Shown here piece after piece: positions 36,472 to 45,585 of a stretch of DNA of 45,587 bases. Position numbers and translations under genes: made by a program. Position 1 is the stretch's first letter. The number at the start of each line of letters is the position of its first letter. Source of the DNA: an uncultured Gammaproteobacteria bacterium. GTDB lineage: Bacteria > Patescibacteriota > Microgenomatia > UBA8517. The DNA is taken from NCBI GenBank assembly GCA_964500695.1, contig CAZCNT010000004.1:1-45587 (forward strand). Reading direction: 5' to 3'. The notes under the pieces were generated by a model that did not search any database, was not told the DNA's origin, and saw only the letters and a program-made list of their open reading frames with translations.

Positions 36472-37823
36472 TTTTGTATCCTTTCTAAAAGTTTCTCCCG
36501 AACTAATTGCGGATTTCCTTTTCCTTTTAATTCTTTTTGCACCATACCGATTAAAAAGCCTACCACATTTCCGTTTCCGACTTGATAGTCGGCAACTGCC
36601 TTTTCATTCTCAATTATTACACTTTTCACGACATTTTCAACATCATCATCTGAAGCATATTGCACGTTTGATATTTCCAATATTCTTTTGACCAGTCCTG
36701 CCGGCTCGGGATATTTCTCATCCAGTTTCTTATTAACCATTAAATCAGCAACTGTCTTTGACGATACCCCGTAATTATCCTGAACGAGTGAAACGAGTCG
36801 AAGGACTTCCTCAAAATATTCCGAGCGGACTTTGTCGGAAACCAAGATGTTAATAAAATCTTTTGAAATTCCGTAATCTTTCTCAAACCTGGTCCTTTTA
36901 TCTCCAGGCAATTCAGGTATCTGATCTTTGACAGTCGAGATCTGATCCTCAGTGAAACTGACAGGAGGAAGATCCGGATCCGGGAAATATCTGTAATCGT
37001 TAGCTTCTTCTTTTACTCTTTGCAAAAATGTCGTATGTTTAGTTTCGTCGTAACCTCTTGTTTCCTGGGCTATTCTTTTACCACTCCGCAAAAGCTCTTC
37101 CTGCCGTTTAAGTTCCGCAGTAATCGCTTTCTCCAAGAATCTAAACGAGTTAATATTTTTTAATTCGACTTTGTAATTGGGTAAACTTCCATCATTCGAA
37201 AGTGAAATATTGGCTTCCAACCTCATTGAACCCTTTTCCATATCGGCATTGCTGATATCAAGGTAGCGGGAAATTAACTGAACTTCTTTAAGAAAAGAAA
37301 TAATGCTTTGGGTGTCATGAAATTCAGGTTCGGTAACTATTTCCATAAGCGGAACGGAGCTTCTATTGAAATCGATCAAAGAAGATTGAGCTCCGTCAAT
37401 GGTTTGGTGAACAAGCTTACCCGTATCTTCTTCCAAATGTACTCGCCTTATTTTAATTTCAAATTTTGAATTTATTTCGGATTTCGGATTTAGGATTTCG
37501 AATTTCCCTTCTTGGCAGAAGGGTATGTCGTACTGGGAAATCTGATAACCCTTGGGTGAATCAGGATAAAAATAATGCTTTCTGTCGAATTTGCTAAATA
37601 GATTAATTTTTGCATTCATTGCCAATCCAAACTTAATCGTGGAGATTATGGCATCATAATTTACATAGGGCAACGCGCCCGGAAGCCCCAAACATACGGG
37701 GCAAACTTGGGTGTTAGGAATTTTACTAAAATGATCAGCACTGCATCCGCAAAACAATTTACTTTTTGTTGCAAGTTCTATGTGCGCTTCAAGACCTATT
37801 ACAGGGATGTATTTATTTTTCAT
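36468..37823 (-). CDS. gatB: Asp/Glu-tRNA amidotransferase subunit B
   Basis: IGLEAHIEL, FDRKHYFYPD, HLEEDTGK, YRYFPDPDL. Confidence 0.96.
   Translation of the reverse strand: MKNKYIPVIGLEAHIELATKSKLFCGCSADHFSKIPNTQVCPVCLGLPGALPYVNYDAIISTIKFGLAMNAKINLFSKFDRKHYFYPDSPKGYQISQYDIPFCQEGKFEILNPKSEINSKFEIKIRRVHLEEDTGKLVHQTIDGAQSSLIDFNRSSVPLMEIVTEPEFHDTQSIISFLKEVQLISRYLDISNADMEKGSMRLEANISLSNDGSLPNYKVELKNINSFRFLEKAITAELKRQEELLRSGKRIAQETRGYDETKHTTFLQRVKEEANDYRYFPDPDLPPVSFTEDQISTVKDQIPELPGDKRTRFEKDYGISKDFINILVSDKVRSEYFEEVLRLVSLVQDNYGVSSKTVADLMVNKKLDEKYPEPAGLVKRILEISNVQYASDDDVENVVKSVIIENEKAVADYQVGNGNVVGFLIGMVQKELKGKGNPQLVREKLLERIQK
36777..36805. repeat. REP-like palindrome in frame in gatB
   Basis: atcctgaacgagtgaaacgagtcgaagga fits CCTGA(G/A)C-n-GTCGAAGG. 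Confidence 0.65.
37456..37506. repeat. period-7 tandem array inside gatB
   Basis: atttcaa attttga attt atttcgg atttcgg atttagg atttcga. Confidence 0.8.
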
Positions 37824-39084
37824 TATATCCAGTTACAAATTTTTCCTTAATCATTGTGTCGCCGTGTTTCTTGGAATAAACCAATACTGCCCCCGTACCC
37901 AAAGCCAAAATAGAAAGCATTGTGCGTATACCAAAAAGTTCCGTAATTGCCCCGGAAAAAAGTACAGGGAACACGGAAACTATAGTAACCAAAAAGTATA
38001 AGTTGCCAAAGACTCTGCCTCTTAGCCAAAGCGGTGTAGCAGACTGAAGATATGTAAGTGTTGGTAAGTTTATAGATACAAAACTAAACCCTGCTAATAC
38101 TAATAACATCGGCGTGATAATTACTCTGTAGAAAAGAGGCACAACAGGTACACCCAGGCTTATAAGCAAAACAGATGCCATTATTCCGATGAGTGCGCTT
38201 TCTATGATTTGCTTTTTTCTGTATCCATTTTTTATCAATCTCGGTATGTAAATCGAACCCAATATTGCGCCAATTCCTGCAGGTATGACGATTGAGACTC
38301 CCGAAAAATTCACTGATATTCCCAAAATTTGCACCGCAATAACAGGAAGACTCACAACTATTATCGCTAGACTTGCCTGCAATCCCAATAAAAGCAAAAG
38401 CGGGTAAAGTACTGATTTGTTTTCTTTGATAAACACATATCCTCCAATAGCGCTATCAAAAAAAGCTTTGAGAGCCTTTTCAAACTCTTCAGGTATTTTC
38501 TTTCCGGGCGTTGTCTCTTTCAGAAGACTTGTACTTACAAAAGCAACAAATAGAAATATGCTGCAAAGAATTAGCGCTCCGTCAAACCCAATGAATCTTT
38601 GTATTATTCCCGCAAATCCAAAACCAAATATCAATGACGCCTGGGAAGTGAGAAAAAATATGCTGTTGGCCTGAGGCAGATCATCTTTAGAAGCAGTGGA
38701 AGGTAAATATGCAGACTCTGCGGGTACATAAAATTGGTTTAGAAGCGAATAAATAAGGACTACGGCATAAAGAATAAATATTGACTGCTGGTTTACAAAA
38801 ATCGTGAGAAAGATTGTTATTGCCTGAAGCAAGTTTGCGATCATTAAAACTTTACGCCTGCTTACCAAGTCTACCGTTGCTGCCCCGATTGGACCGAATA
38901 CCAGAGCGGGAAGCGCGTATGCAACCCAAAGAAGAGAAGTTGCAATAGAAGAGCCGGTAACCGCATATAGTTTTGCCAAAAGCAAAAAATTCATAATATT
39001 TATGGTGACTTGAGACAGAATTTGCGAGGTCCATAAATATCTAAAATTAGATTTTGCTATTATATTTTTGAAATCGTTTGGCAT
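37813..39084 (-). CDS. MFS transporter
   Basis: about 12 TM; GATVDLVSRRKVL motif A; LRGRVFG. Confidence 0.9.
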   Translation of the reverse strand: MPNDFKNIIAKSNFRYLWTSQILSQVTINIMNFLLLAKLYAVTGSSIATSLLWVAYALPALVFGPIGAATVDLVSRRKVLMIANLLQAITIFLTIFVNQQSIFILYAVVLIYSLLNQFYVPAESAYLPSTASKDDLPQANSIFFLTSQASLIFGFGFAGIIQRFIGFDGALILCSIFLFVAFVSTSLLKETTPGKKIPEEFEKALKAFFDSAIGGYVFIKENKSVLYPLLLLLGLQASLAIIVVSLPVIAVQILGISVNFSGVSIVIPAGIGAILGSIYIPRLIKNGYRKKQIIESALIGIMASVLLISLGVPVVPLFYRVIITPMLLVLAGFSFVSINLPTLTYLQSATPLWLRGRVFGNLYFLVTIVSVFPVLFSGAITELFGIRTMLSILALGTGAVLVYSKKHGDTMIKEKFVTGYNEK

Positions 39085-39086
39085 AA

Positions 39087-40439
39087 TTAAAACCTTTCGT
39101 AAAGTTTTCCTAATTCAAAAAGTACGGGTTCAGAAAATCTTGGACCTATCAACTGAAAACCTAAAGGCAACCCCTGCTTGTTTTTTCCGTTGGGAACAGC
39201 CAAACCGGGAATTCCTGCCAGATTTGCAGGGGCAGTTAAAATATCAGCAAGGTACATCTTTAAAGGATCACTTGTTTTTTCTCCCAATTTAAAGGCTGCC
39301 GTAGGGGAAACGGGTGCAATAATAGCATCAACTTTAGAAAACGCTTCATTAAAATCCTGGATAATGAGTGATCTTACCTTTTGAGCCTTTAGATAGTAGG
39401 TATCGTAATACCCGGCAGACAGTACGTAAGTTCCAAGCATTATTCTTCTTTTTGCCTCATCACCGAATAAGGCTCTATCTTCTCCATATCGGATTCCCTC
39501 ATACCGACCCAAATTCGATGACACTTCTGCAGGTTGAATAATGTAATAAACTTCTACTGCATGTTTTGTGTTTGGAAGACTAACATCAACCAGTTCAACA
39601 CCCTTCTTTTTTAAAATTTGGGACGCTTCAATTACAGACTTTTCCACTTCCCGGTCAAGTCCTTCAGCAAAATACTCTTTGGGAATGCCAATTCGTAACT
39701 TGTGATTGGTGATTGGTAATTGGTGATTAGTGACAGTTGCATCGTACCCATCTTGGCCTTTAATAACATTAAATACGGTTTCAACATCGGTGACACAGTT
39801 TCCGAATACGCCGGGGCAATCAAGCGAACTGGCCATCGCAATAATTCCGTACCGCGAAACCGCCCCGTAAGTGGGCTTTAATCCGACAACTCCGCAAAAA
39901 CTGGCAGGCTGTCTTACTGAACCCCCCGTATCCGTCCCTGTTGCAATAAGCGTTAGTCCTGCCGAGACTGAAGCCGCTGAACCGCTACTTGAACCACCCG
40001 GAACATAATCTTTATTATTTGGATTTAAAGTAGGGCCAAAATCGGAATTTTCTCCGCTTGCGCCATGCGCCCAGGCATCGCAATTGGTTTTACCGATCAT
40101 GATGGCGCCGGCTTTTTCCATCCGCGCCACTACTGTGGCCGAGTAAACCGGAACATAGCTTTCCAAGATTTTGGATCCGGCAGTTGTTCTAACTCCTTTT
40201 GTCAAAAACAAATCTTTATGCGCAACCGTAACTCCAAGAAGCGGCAAATCCTGTAAACTTGAATCAATTAGTTTGGCCTTTTTATATGCATCCTCACTAG
40301 AAACTGAAATAAAGGCATTTAGACCTTTGTTCTTTTCAATTCTGGCCAGATACTCATCAACCAAATTCACCGCTGAGAACTTCTTCTTCATAAGTCCTTC
40401 TTTTGTTTCCTTTATGGTTACTGGTAATTTGCTTATCAT
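39087..40439 (-). CDS. gatA: Asp/Glu-tRNA amidotransferase subunit A
   Basis: amidase signature GGSSSGSA, GTDTGGSVRQPA, RRIMLGTYVLS. Confidence 0.96.
   Translation of the reverse strand: MISKLPVTIKETKEGLMKKKFSAVNLVDEYLARIEKNKGLNAFISVSSEDAYKKAKLIDSSLQDLPLLGVTVAHKDLFLTKGVRTTAGSKILESYVPVYSATVVARMEKAGAIMIGKTNCDAWAHGASGENSDFGPTLNPNNKDYVPGGSSSGSAASVSAGLTLIATGTDTGGSVRQPASFCGVVGLKPTYGAVSRYGIIAMASSLDCPGVFGNCVTDVETVFNVIKGQDGYDATVTNHQLPITNHKLRIGIPKEYFAEGLDREVEKSVIEASQILKKKGVELVDVSLPNTKHAVEVYYIIQPAEVSSNLGRYEGIRYGEDRALFGDEAKRRIMLGTYVLSAGYYDTYYLKAQKVRSLIIQDFNEAFSKVDAIIAPVSPTAAFKLGEKTSDPLKMYLADILTAPANLAGIPGLAVPNGKNKQGLPLGFQLIGPRFSEPVLFELGKLYERF
39692..39733. repeat. period-7 tandem array inside gatA
   Basis: ttcgtaa cttgtga ttggtga ttggtaa ttggtga ttagtga. 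Confidence 0.85.
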
Positions 40440-40496
40440 TTTAATCTATCTATTTGCTTACATCGGCTGATGCTGATATTTGTAGATTTGCTTATT

Positions 40497-40808
40497 CTAC
40501 TTATCAGTTCTCTCCGTAAGGATTGCACCGACTTTAAAATATCCATTGTATGTTTCCTCAGTCCCGCTTAATGCCTCATCTTGACTTAATGACCCATCAC
40601 TCACTACTCGATCCTCGCGGAAGACATCAACAAGACCCGTAGTTTGGCTGGTTGCATCAACTTTTGAAGTGTCAATTTTACTAAGGTTTCCGATGTAATC
40701 AACGATAGTAGAAAGCTGGGGAACAAATTTTTTGACTTCGTCCTCCGTCAAGTCCAACTTTGCCAACTCGGCAATGTGTAAAACGTCCGTCTTGGTCAAC
40801 TTTGCCAT
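40497..40808 (-). CDS. gatC: Asp/Glu-tRNA amidotransferase subunit C
   Basis: VLHIAELAKL, FRED, GYFKV; upstream of gatA. Confidence 0.92.
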   Translation of the reverse strand: MAKLTKTDVLHIAELAKLDLTEDEVKKFVPQLSTIVDYIGNLSKIDTSKVDATSQTTGLVDVFREDRVVSDGSLSQDEALSGTEETYNGYFKVGAILTERTDK

Positions 40809-40854
40809 GCCATAATAATAGCCGACTTACTGCATATTTTGAAGAGCCTTACAA

Positions 40855-41784
40855 TCAAAGCATTGATTGAAGGGCTCTTATACGGGCAAGTGTGGGAGGG
40901 TGGGTGTTAAAAAGTCCCGCAAAAGTACTGACAGCTTTGTTTACTTCTCCCTTGAAAGGATTAACAATGTAAAGATGGGCGGTTGCTTTATTTGCCGCTT
41001 CAAGGGGTTCAATATCCAGTGAAATCTTTTTAAGTGCACCAATCAGTCCCTGCGGCTGGCGTGTAATTTCAACAGACCCGCCATCCGCCATAAACTCACG
41101 CCTCCGGCTTATTGCCAGTTGAATCAGGGTTCCGATAATCGGAGAGAGAATGGCAAAAACAATTCCGAGAATGATAAAAATTGTACCTGCGCCCTCCCTG
41201 TCTCTGTCTCTTCCTCCGTTTCCCCAAAACATACTGCGGGTAAACCAATCACCCAATAGCGCAACAAGCCCTACCATTACGGCAACTACCGCCATAAGAC
41301 GTGTGTCATAATTTTTTATATGAGTTATTTCATGAGCCAAAACGCCTTCAAGCTCTGTTCTTGTCAGTTTTTCCAATAGTCCCGTGGTTACACAGATTAC
41401 GCCGTGATTCAGATCTCTTCCCGTTGCAAATGCGTTTGGCGCCGAATCATTAATAACATAAAGTTTTGGTCTTGGAATTCCTGCTCCTATGCACAAATTT
41501 TCGACAACGCTTTTATATAGTTTATCCTGCTCTTTTCCTGCAGGTCTTGCCCCGGAAATTCCGAGTACAATTTTGTCCGAGTAATAATAACTGACAAAGC
41601 TGGATACTCCGGAAATAATAAGAGCCACTCCAAAATATCCAAACCCACCCGGTGCATATCCCATGTAATACCCAAAGGCATTAGTTAGAACATAGACAGC
41701 GCCAAAAACAAATACAACAAACAACGCCACTATCACGGCGCTTTTGATTTTATTACTCGTCCGAACTTCGTAAATATTCTTCAT
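40855..41784 (-). CDS. htpX: zinc metalloprotease HtpX (M48)
   Basis: PNAFATG, HEITH, SRRREFMAD, THPP. Confidence 0.93.
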   Translation of the reverse strand: MKNIYEVRTSNKIKSAVIVALFVVFVFGAVYVLTNAFGYYMGYAPGGFGYFGVALIISGVSSFVSYYYSDKIVLGISGARPAGKEQDKLYKSVVENLCIGAGIPRPKLYVINDSAPNAFATGRDLNHGVICVTTGLLEKLTRTELEGVLAHEITHIKNYDTRLMAVVAVMVGLVALLGDWFTRSMFWGNGGRDRDREGAGTIFIILGIVFAILSPIIGTLIQLAISRRREFMADGGSVEITRQPQGLIGALKKISLDIEPLEAANKATAHLYIVNPFKGEVNKAVSTFAGLFNTHPPTLARIRALQSML

Positions 41785-42146
41785 GTCAAATCCAGATACT
41801 TCCGTGTTTCATCTACATTCCTTGGAAGACTTAATAAATCCTCGTCTTGAAGCAAAAAAAACAGGCTATATGTACAACCCTCCAATAATTCATCAGACAG
41901 CTCTTTATTGAGACAAATAATTTTCTTTAAAACGAGCGATGCTTTTTGATAGTTGCCGTGAAGAACAAGTTCCAATATTATCTTGCTTGGTTCCAAATTA
42001 TTCTTTTCTGCCAATGCAAAATCTACAACATTGTCAACGTGCCCGTCTCGAATCAATATCAACTCTTCAGGCAACAAAAGTTTGGTAGCTGATTTCTCCC
42101 ACGGCCAAAAATCCTTCTTCGTTGGATTGCGAAAATCTACTTCCAT
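41781..42146 (-). CDS. hypothetical protein
   Basis: 121 aa between lemA and htpX; ATGA-coupled to htpX. Confidence 0.7.
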   Translation of the reverse strand: MEVDFRNPTKKDFWPWEKSATKLLLPEELILIRDGHVDNVVDFALAEKNNLEPSKIILELVLHGNYQKASLVLKKIICLNKELSDELLEGCTYSLFFLLQDEDLLSLPRNVDETRKYLDLT

Positions 42147-42150
42147 AGTT

Positions 42151-42714
42151 TTACTTAAGATTAACCTTTGGAGTTTTCATTTCACTACCCTTGACATTAA
42201 ATGAATCTCCCTCCGACGGTGTTTCCAAACCTTTTAAGACTTCAAAATGAAACATATCCGCCACCAACTTACTTGGGAACGTGACTCGCTTAACATTGTA
42301 ATCGGCGGTTAGGTCGATTAGGAGGCGGCGCGCGTACATAACTTTATCGGATGTATCTCTAAGCTCGTCCATAAGTTGTCCTACGACATTATCAGCTTTA
42401 AGCTGTGGATTACTTTCAACTACAATTTGTAATTTTGGTAAAATTTCAGAAATTTTTTTTGATGCATCTTTACCTGCCGCCATTAACTTTCTAGCATCAG
42501 ATAGCATTTGCATGATTCCTTTTTCGTGTGTTAGGTATCCTTTGACTGAACTTTCCAAATTTGGAATAAGATCAACCTGCCTTTTAAGCTGATTCCCAAT
42601 TTCTTGAATAGAAGCTTTAATTCTGGCCTTGCTTGATACAAAGAAGTTATAAACAGAAACAACCCAAAGTATTACTAAAACTACTGCTACTAATAATATT
42701 GTTGTTATATTCAT
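42151..42714 (-). CDS. lemA: LemA family protein
   Basis: N-terminal TM, QLKRQVDLIPNL, ESNPQLKA, FPSKLVA. Confidence 0.92.
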   Translation of the reverse strand: MNITTILLVAVVLVILWVVSVYNFFVSSKARIKASIQEIGNQLKRQVDLIPNLESSVKGYLTHEKGIMQMLSDARKLMAAGKDASKKISEILPKLQIVVESNPQLKADNVVGQLMDELRDTSDKVMYARRLLIDLTADYNVKRVTFPSKLVADMFHFEVLKGLETPSEGDSFNVKGSEMKTPKVNLK

Positions 42715-42717
42715 AAA

Positions 42718-44580
42718 TTAATCACCCCGTTTCAACTCTTTTTTAAATCCCTCTAATGAGGAACAGTTTATCACATTTTTCTTTTCTGCCCAACCTCTTC
42801 TGGCAACGGAAACTCCCCAAATCATGTTATTCATTCCGTCAATGTGGTGTGCATCTGTTCCCAACGTTAATTTCACACCAAGTTTCACGGCTTCGCGAAC
42901 TAAAGTATCGGGAAGATCGAGCCGCATCGGGTCGCAGTTAATTTCAATCCATTTATTGTTTTCTAGACAAAAATCAAATATTTCGGGCCAATTAAGTTCA
43001 GCTCCTTCCCGTTCATTAAGCTTTCTGCCTGTGGGATGAGCAAAAATTTTTACTTTGGGGTGGGCTAGGGCAGTGAGAACGCGTTTGGTTTGTGCGTCTT
43101 TCTCAATACCAAAGCTTGAATGAATTGACACAAGGGCAAAATCCAAAGTTTCAAGTCCGGCTTCAGGAACAGGGAGACTCCCATCGGGTTTAATGTCTAT
43201 TTCAAGGCTATTAAAAACTTTTTTTAACCCCGCGTAGCCCTGAGCGAAGTCGAACGGGCGAAGTGGGGTTGAACCTATTCGATTATATTTTATACTCATA
43301 TTTTTAATTGAGTAATTAATCTGATCAACTTTTTCACTGTGGCCATCCGAAGTTTCACGAAGGAGGCCGCGACGAATTCTGTCATTAAGTTTATCAACTA
43401 CTTCGCGTTTGCGCTTTAGAATATCAATAATTTGAATATCTGTATGTCCTTTTTGACTGGGATTATGTTCCGTAAAGGCCAGATATTCATAGCCTAAATC
43501 TCTCCCCTTCCCGATTATTTCTTCCATTGAACTTTCACCTAAGTCATGACTGGTTTCAATATCAAAGCTTGAATGAATCTGAAGGTCTGCCTTAACATTA
43601 TCCAGTTCGACTAACTTTGGTAGACCATTAGGTTTACCCTGAGCCTGTCGAAAGGCAGCTTCGATTTCCCCTGTATCCTCCCTCAATTCCGGTTCGATAT
43701 AATCAAGACTCAAGTGTTTATAGAATTCCTCCTCCGTCTTAAATGTTTGGAGCTTGGAATTCGGATCTTGAGATTTACGGATGCCGTACTCGGAAAGGCT
43801 TAGGCCTTTCTTGAGCGCAAACTCACGCAACGCTATGTTGTGGTGTTTTGAGCCTGTAAAATGCTGCAAAAGAGCTCCGTAAGACTCCACAGGCTGGACC
43901 ATAAGATCAATTTGAACCCCACCGGGTACCAAAATAGAAGCTGTATGCTCCCCTTCTTCAATAATCTTTTGGGTTTTGGGGTACTTTGTAAAGTAGTCAA
44001 GAACACCTGGGCCATCATCTGTGACAATAGCGAGGTCAATATCCCCTACCGTGCTGGCCTTGCGTCTGAGGCTGCCTAGCGGGTCCACACGCTTAACTTT
44101 GGGGTTCTTGACTAAATAATCCATAATTTCCCCGGCAATCATGGAAGCGTAAGGCAACAGGTGTCGTTTAGCTTTCTTTTCCAGTTCATAAACCTCCTTA
44201 AGCTTTTCTTCGACCAAAGGGCGATCACCTTGAGCGATAAGTCGAAGGGCTGTTTTTATCCCAATTCCGGGAAGTTCCATCAACTTAAAAGCTTCCTTGG
44301 GAATTCCCTTCATCAGATCTTCAAAATGTTTTGATTTCCCGGTTCTAAAAAGTTCATCAAGATGTTCTGCTATGCCAGGACCTATTCCCGGAACGTCAGT
44401 CAGTTTTCCGTCATCCCAAAGATCCTTAAGTTCGCTTGTCGCATGTTCCACGGCATCTGCCGCCCTTTCGTAGGCGATTATTTGAAATTTGAATTTTTGA
44501 CTGTCCTGAAGCTGATATGAAGCTGCCACGTCCCTTAGAAGTTCTGCAATTTTGAGATTGGTTAGAGTTTGGGTACTCAT
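42718..44580 (-). CDS. polX: DNA polymerase X / PHP domain protein
   Basis: HhH VPGIG, GSLRR...GDIDL, HFTGSK, PHP motifs (QIHS, TEH, AHPTGR, GTDAH). Confidence 0.93.
   Translation of the reverse strand: MSTQTLTNLKIAELLRDVAASYQLQDSQKFKFQIIAYERAADAVEHATSELKDLWDDGKLTDVPGIGPGIAEHLDELFRTGKSKHFEDLMKGIPKEAFKLMELPGIGIKTALRLIAQGDRPLVEEKLKEVYELEKKAKRHLLPYASMIAGEIMDYLVKNPKVKRVDPLGSLRRKASTVGDIDLAIVTDDGPGVLDYFTKYPKTQKIIEEGEHTASILVPGGVQIDLMVQPVESYGALLQHFTGSKHHNIALREFALKKGLSLSEYGIRKSQDPNSKLQTFKTEEEFYKHLSLDYIEPELREDTGEIEAAFRQAQGKPNGLPKLVELDNVKADLQIHSSFDIETSHDLGESSMEEIIGKGRDLGYEYLAFTEHNPSQKGHTDIQIIDILKRKREVVDKLNDRIRRGLLRETSDGHSEKVDQINYSIKNMSIKYNRIGSTPLRPFDFAQGYAGLKKVFNSLEIDIKPDGSLPVPEAGLETLDFALVSIHSSFGIEKDAQTKRVLTALAHPKVKIFAHPTGRKLNEREGAELNWPEIFDFCLENNKWIEINCDPMRLDLPDTLVREAVKLGVKLTLGTDAHHIDGMNNMIWGVSVARRGWAEKKNVINCSSLEGFKKELKRGD
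43226..43371. repeat. nested and adjacent REP-like palindromes in frame in polX
   Basis: aaccccgcgtagc[cctgagcgaagtcgaacgg]gcgaagtggggtt (43226-43270) and tgtggccatccgaagtttcacgaaggaggccgcg (43338-43371). Confidence 0.75.
43636..43655. repeat. REP-like palindrome in frame in polX
   Basis: accctgagcctgtcgaaagg. Confidence 0.7.
44228..44249. repeat. REP-like palindrome in frame in polX
   Basis: ccttgagcgataagtcgaaggg. Confidence 0.65.
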
Positions 44581-44616
44581 AACTAATTATAGCAACCACT
44601 GCCAAGAAGAATGCTA

Positions 44617-45021
44617 CTATTTACGCGAGTCGAGAATTTGCTGCTTTAAGTTTTTTCCATCGGCCTTAAAAAAGAAGTTTATAGCCCTACTTTGGTGATT
44701 TCTCACAAAATCTGCGTTCACTTGGGCCATTTCGGCAGTGGTGGGTATTACGCAATCGTTTGCGTAGGCGGCTCTAATGTCGTGAGCCATAGCCACAATT
44801 ATTCTTTGCTGTGCTTCTGGAAGCTCTGCTAAATCTCCGTTAAGTACTGCTCTGTCTACTGAAAATGCGATACCTCTTTTTGCGTCTTCTACTACTTCCT
44901 CAATAGATTTATGCTTTACGGCACTCTCAATCATCTCAAAATTATTATTATCAAAAGCATACAACCGGTCAAGGGGAAAAAAATACCCTCGGAGCTTGGA
45001 AAAAATGCTATAAGCATTCAA
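44617..45021 (-). CDS. hypothetical protein
   Basis: 134-aa ORF, start uncertain. Confidence 0.55.
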   Translation of the reverse strand: MNAYSIFSKLRGYFFPLDRLYAFDNNNFEMIESAVKHKSIEEVVEDAKRGIAFSVDRAVLNGDLAELPEAQQRIIVAMAHDIRAAYANDCVIPTTAEMAQVNADFVRNHQSRAINFFFKADGKNLKQQILDSRK

Positions 45022-45054
45022 TCAAGACGAGGGTCTTCACAACGAATGTTGTGG

Positions 45055-45264
45055 CTAAAAGTATGTAAGAATGAACCGAAATGCGTCAAGAACAAATAAT
45101 ATAAAACCGACACATGCCGTTCCTCCTCCAAATAGGATACCTAGTAAAGAAAGGCACCCAACTCCAGTGTTATTGTTGGTTATTTTTGCTGAAAAACCAC
45201 CAACATAGACCATGATAAACCCAAATACTAAACCTGAAACACACAATACTAATCCAATTAACAT
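45055..45264 (-). CDS. small two-TM membrane protein
   Basis: AGGAG RBS; two hydrophobic segments. Confidence 0.6.
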   Translation of the reverse strand: MLIGLVLCVSGLVFGFIMVYVGGFSAKITNNNTGVGCLSLLGILFGGGTACVGFILFVLDAFRFILTYF

Positions 45265-45351
45265 TTGAAACTCCTTTTAAAACAAGATTTCAAAAAAGAC
45301 GCAATATTGTCTTATTTGATAAAGGAAATATAGCAGAATTATTCTTAAAAG

Positions 45352-45585
45352 TCAAGTATTATGGGGTGCTTTGGGAGTCTTTTCTTTATCTTGTTCCAAT
45401 TTTTGTTCATGTATCCTGATTTCATTTGCAATCTGCACATCAAAAGGTACGATTGGTAAATCATCTTCTACCGACACCGGCCCATCCTTGCTTTTTCGTC
45501 TTGGCAATTTATTTCTTTTTATAGCTCTTTCCAACACTGCTCGTGCCTGTTTATCAGTTAAACCGATTGTTTGTTTTTCACTCAT
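45352..45585 (-). CDS. hypothetical protein
   Basis: 77-aa ORF at the window edge. Confidence 0.5.
   Translation of the reverse strand: MSEKQTIGLTDKQARAVLERAIKRNKLPRRKSKDGPVSVEDDLPIVPFDVQIANEIRIHEQKLEQDKEKTPKAPHNT

Noticed and set aside
14187-39733. Tandem arrays or REP copies as a CRISPR array
   Set aside because: No constant repeat with unique spacers and no cas genes.
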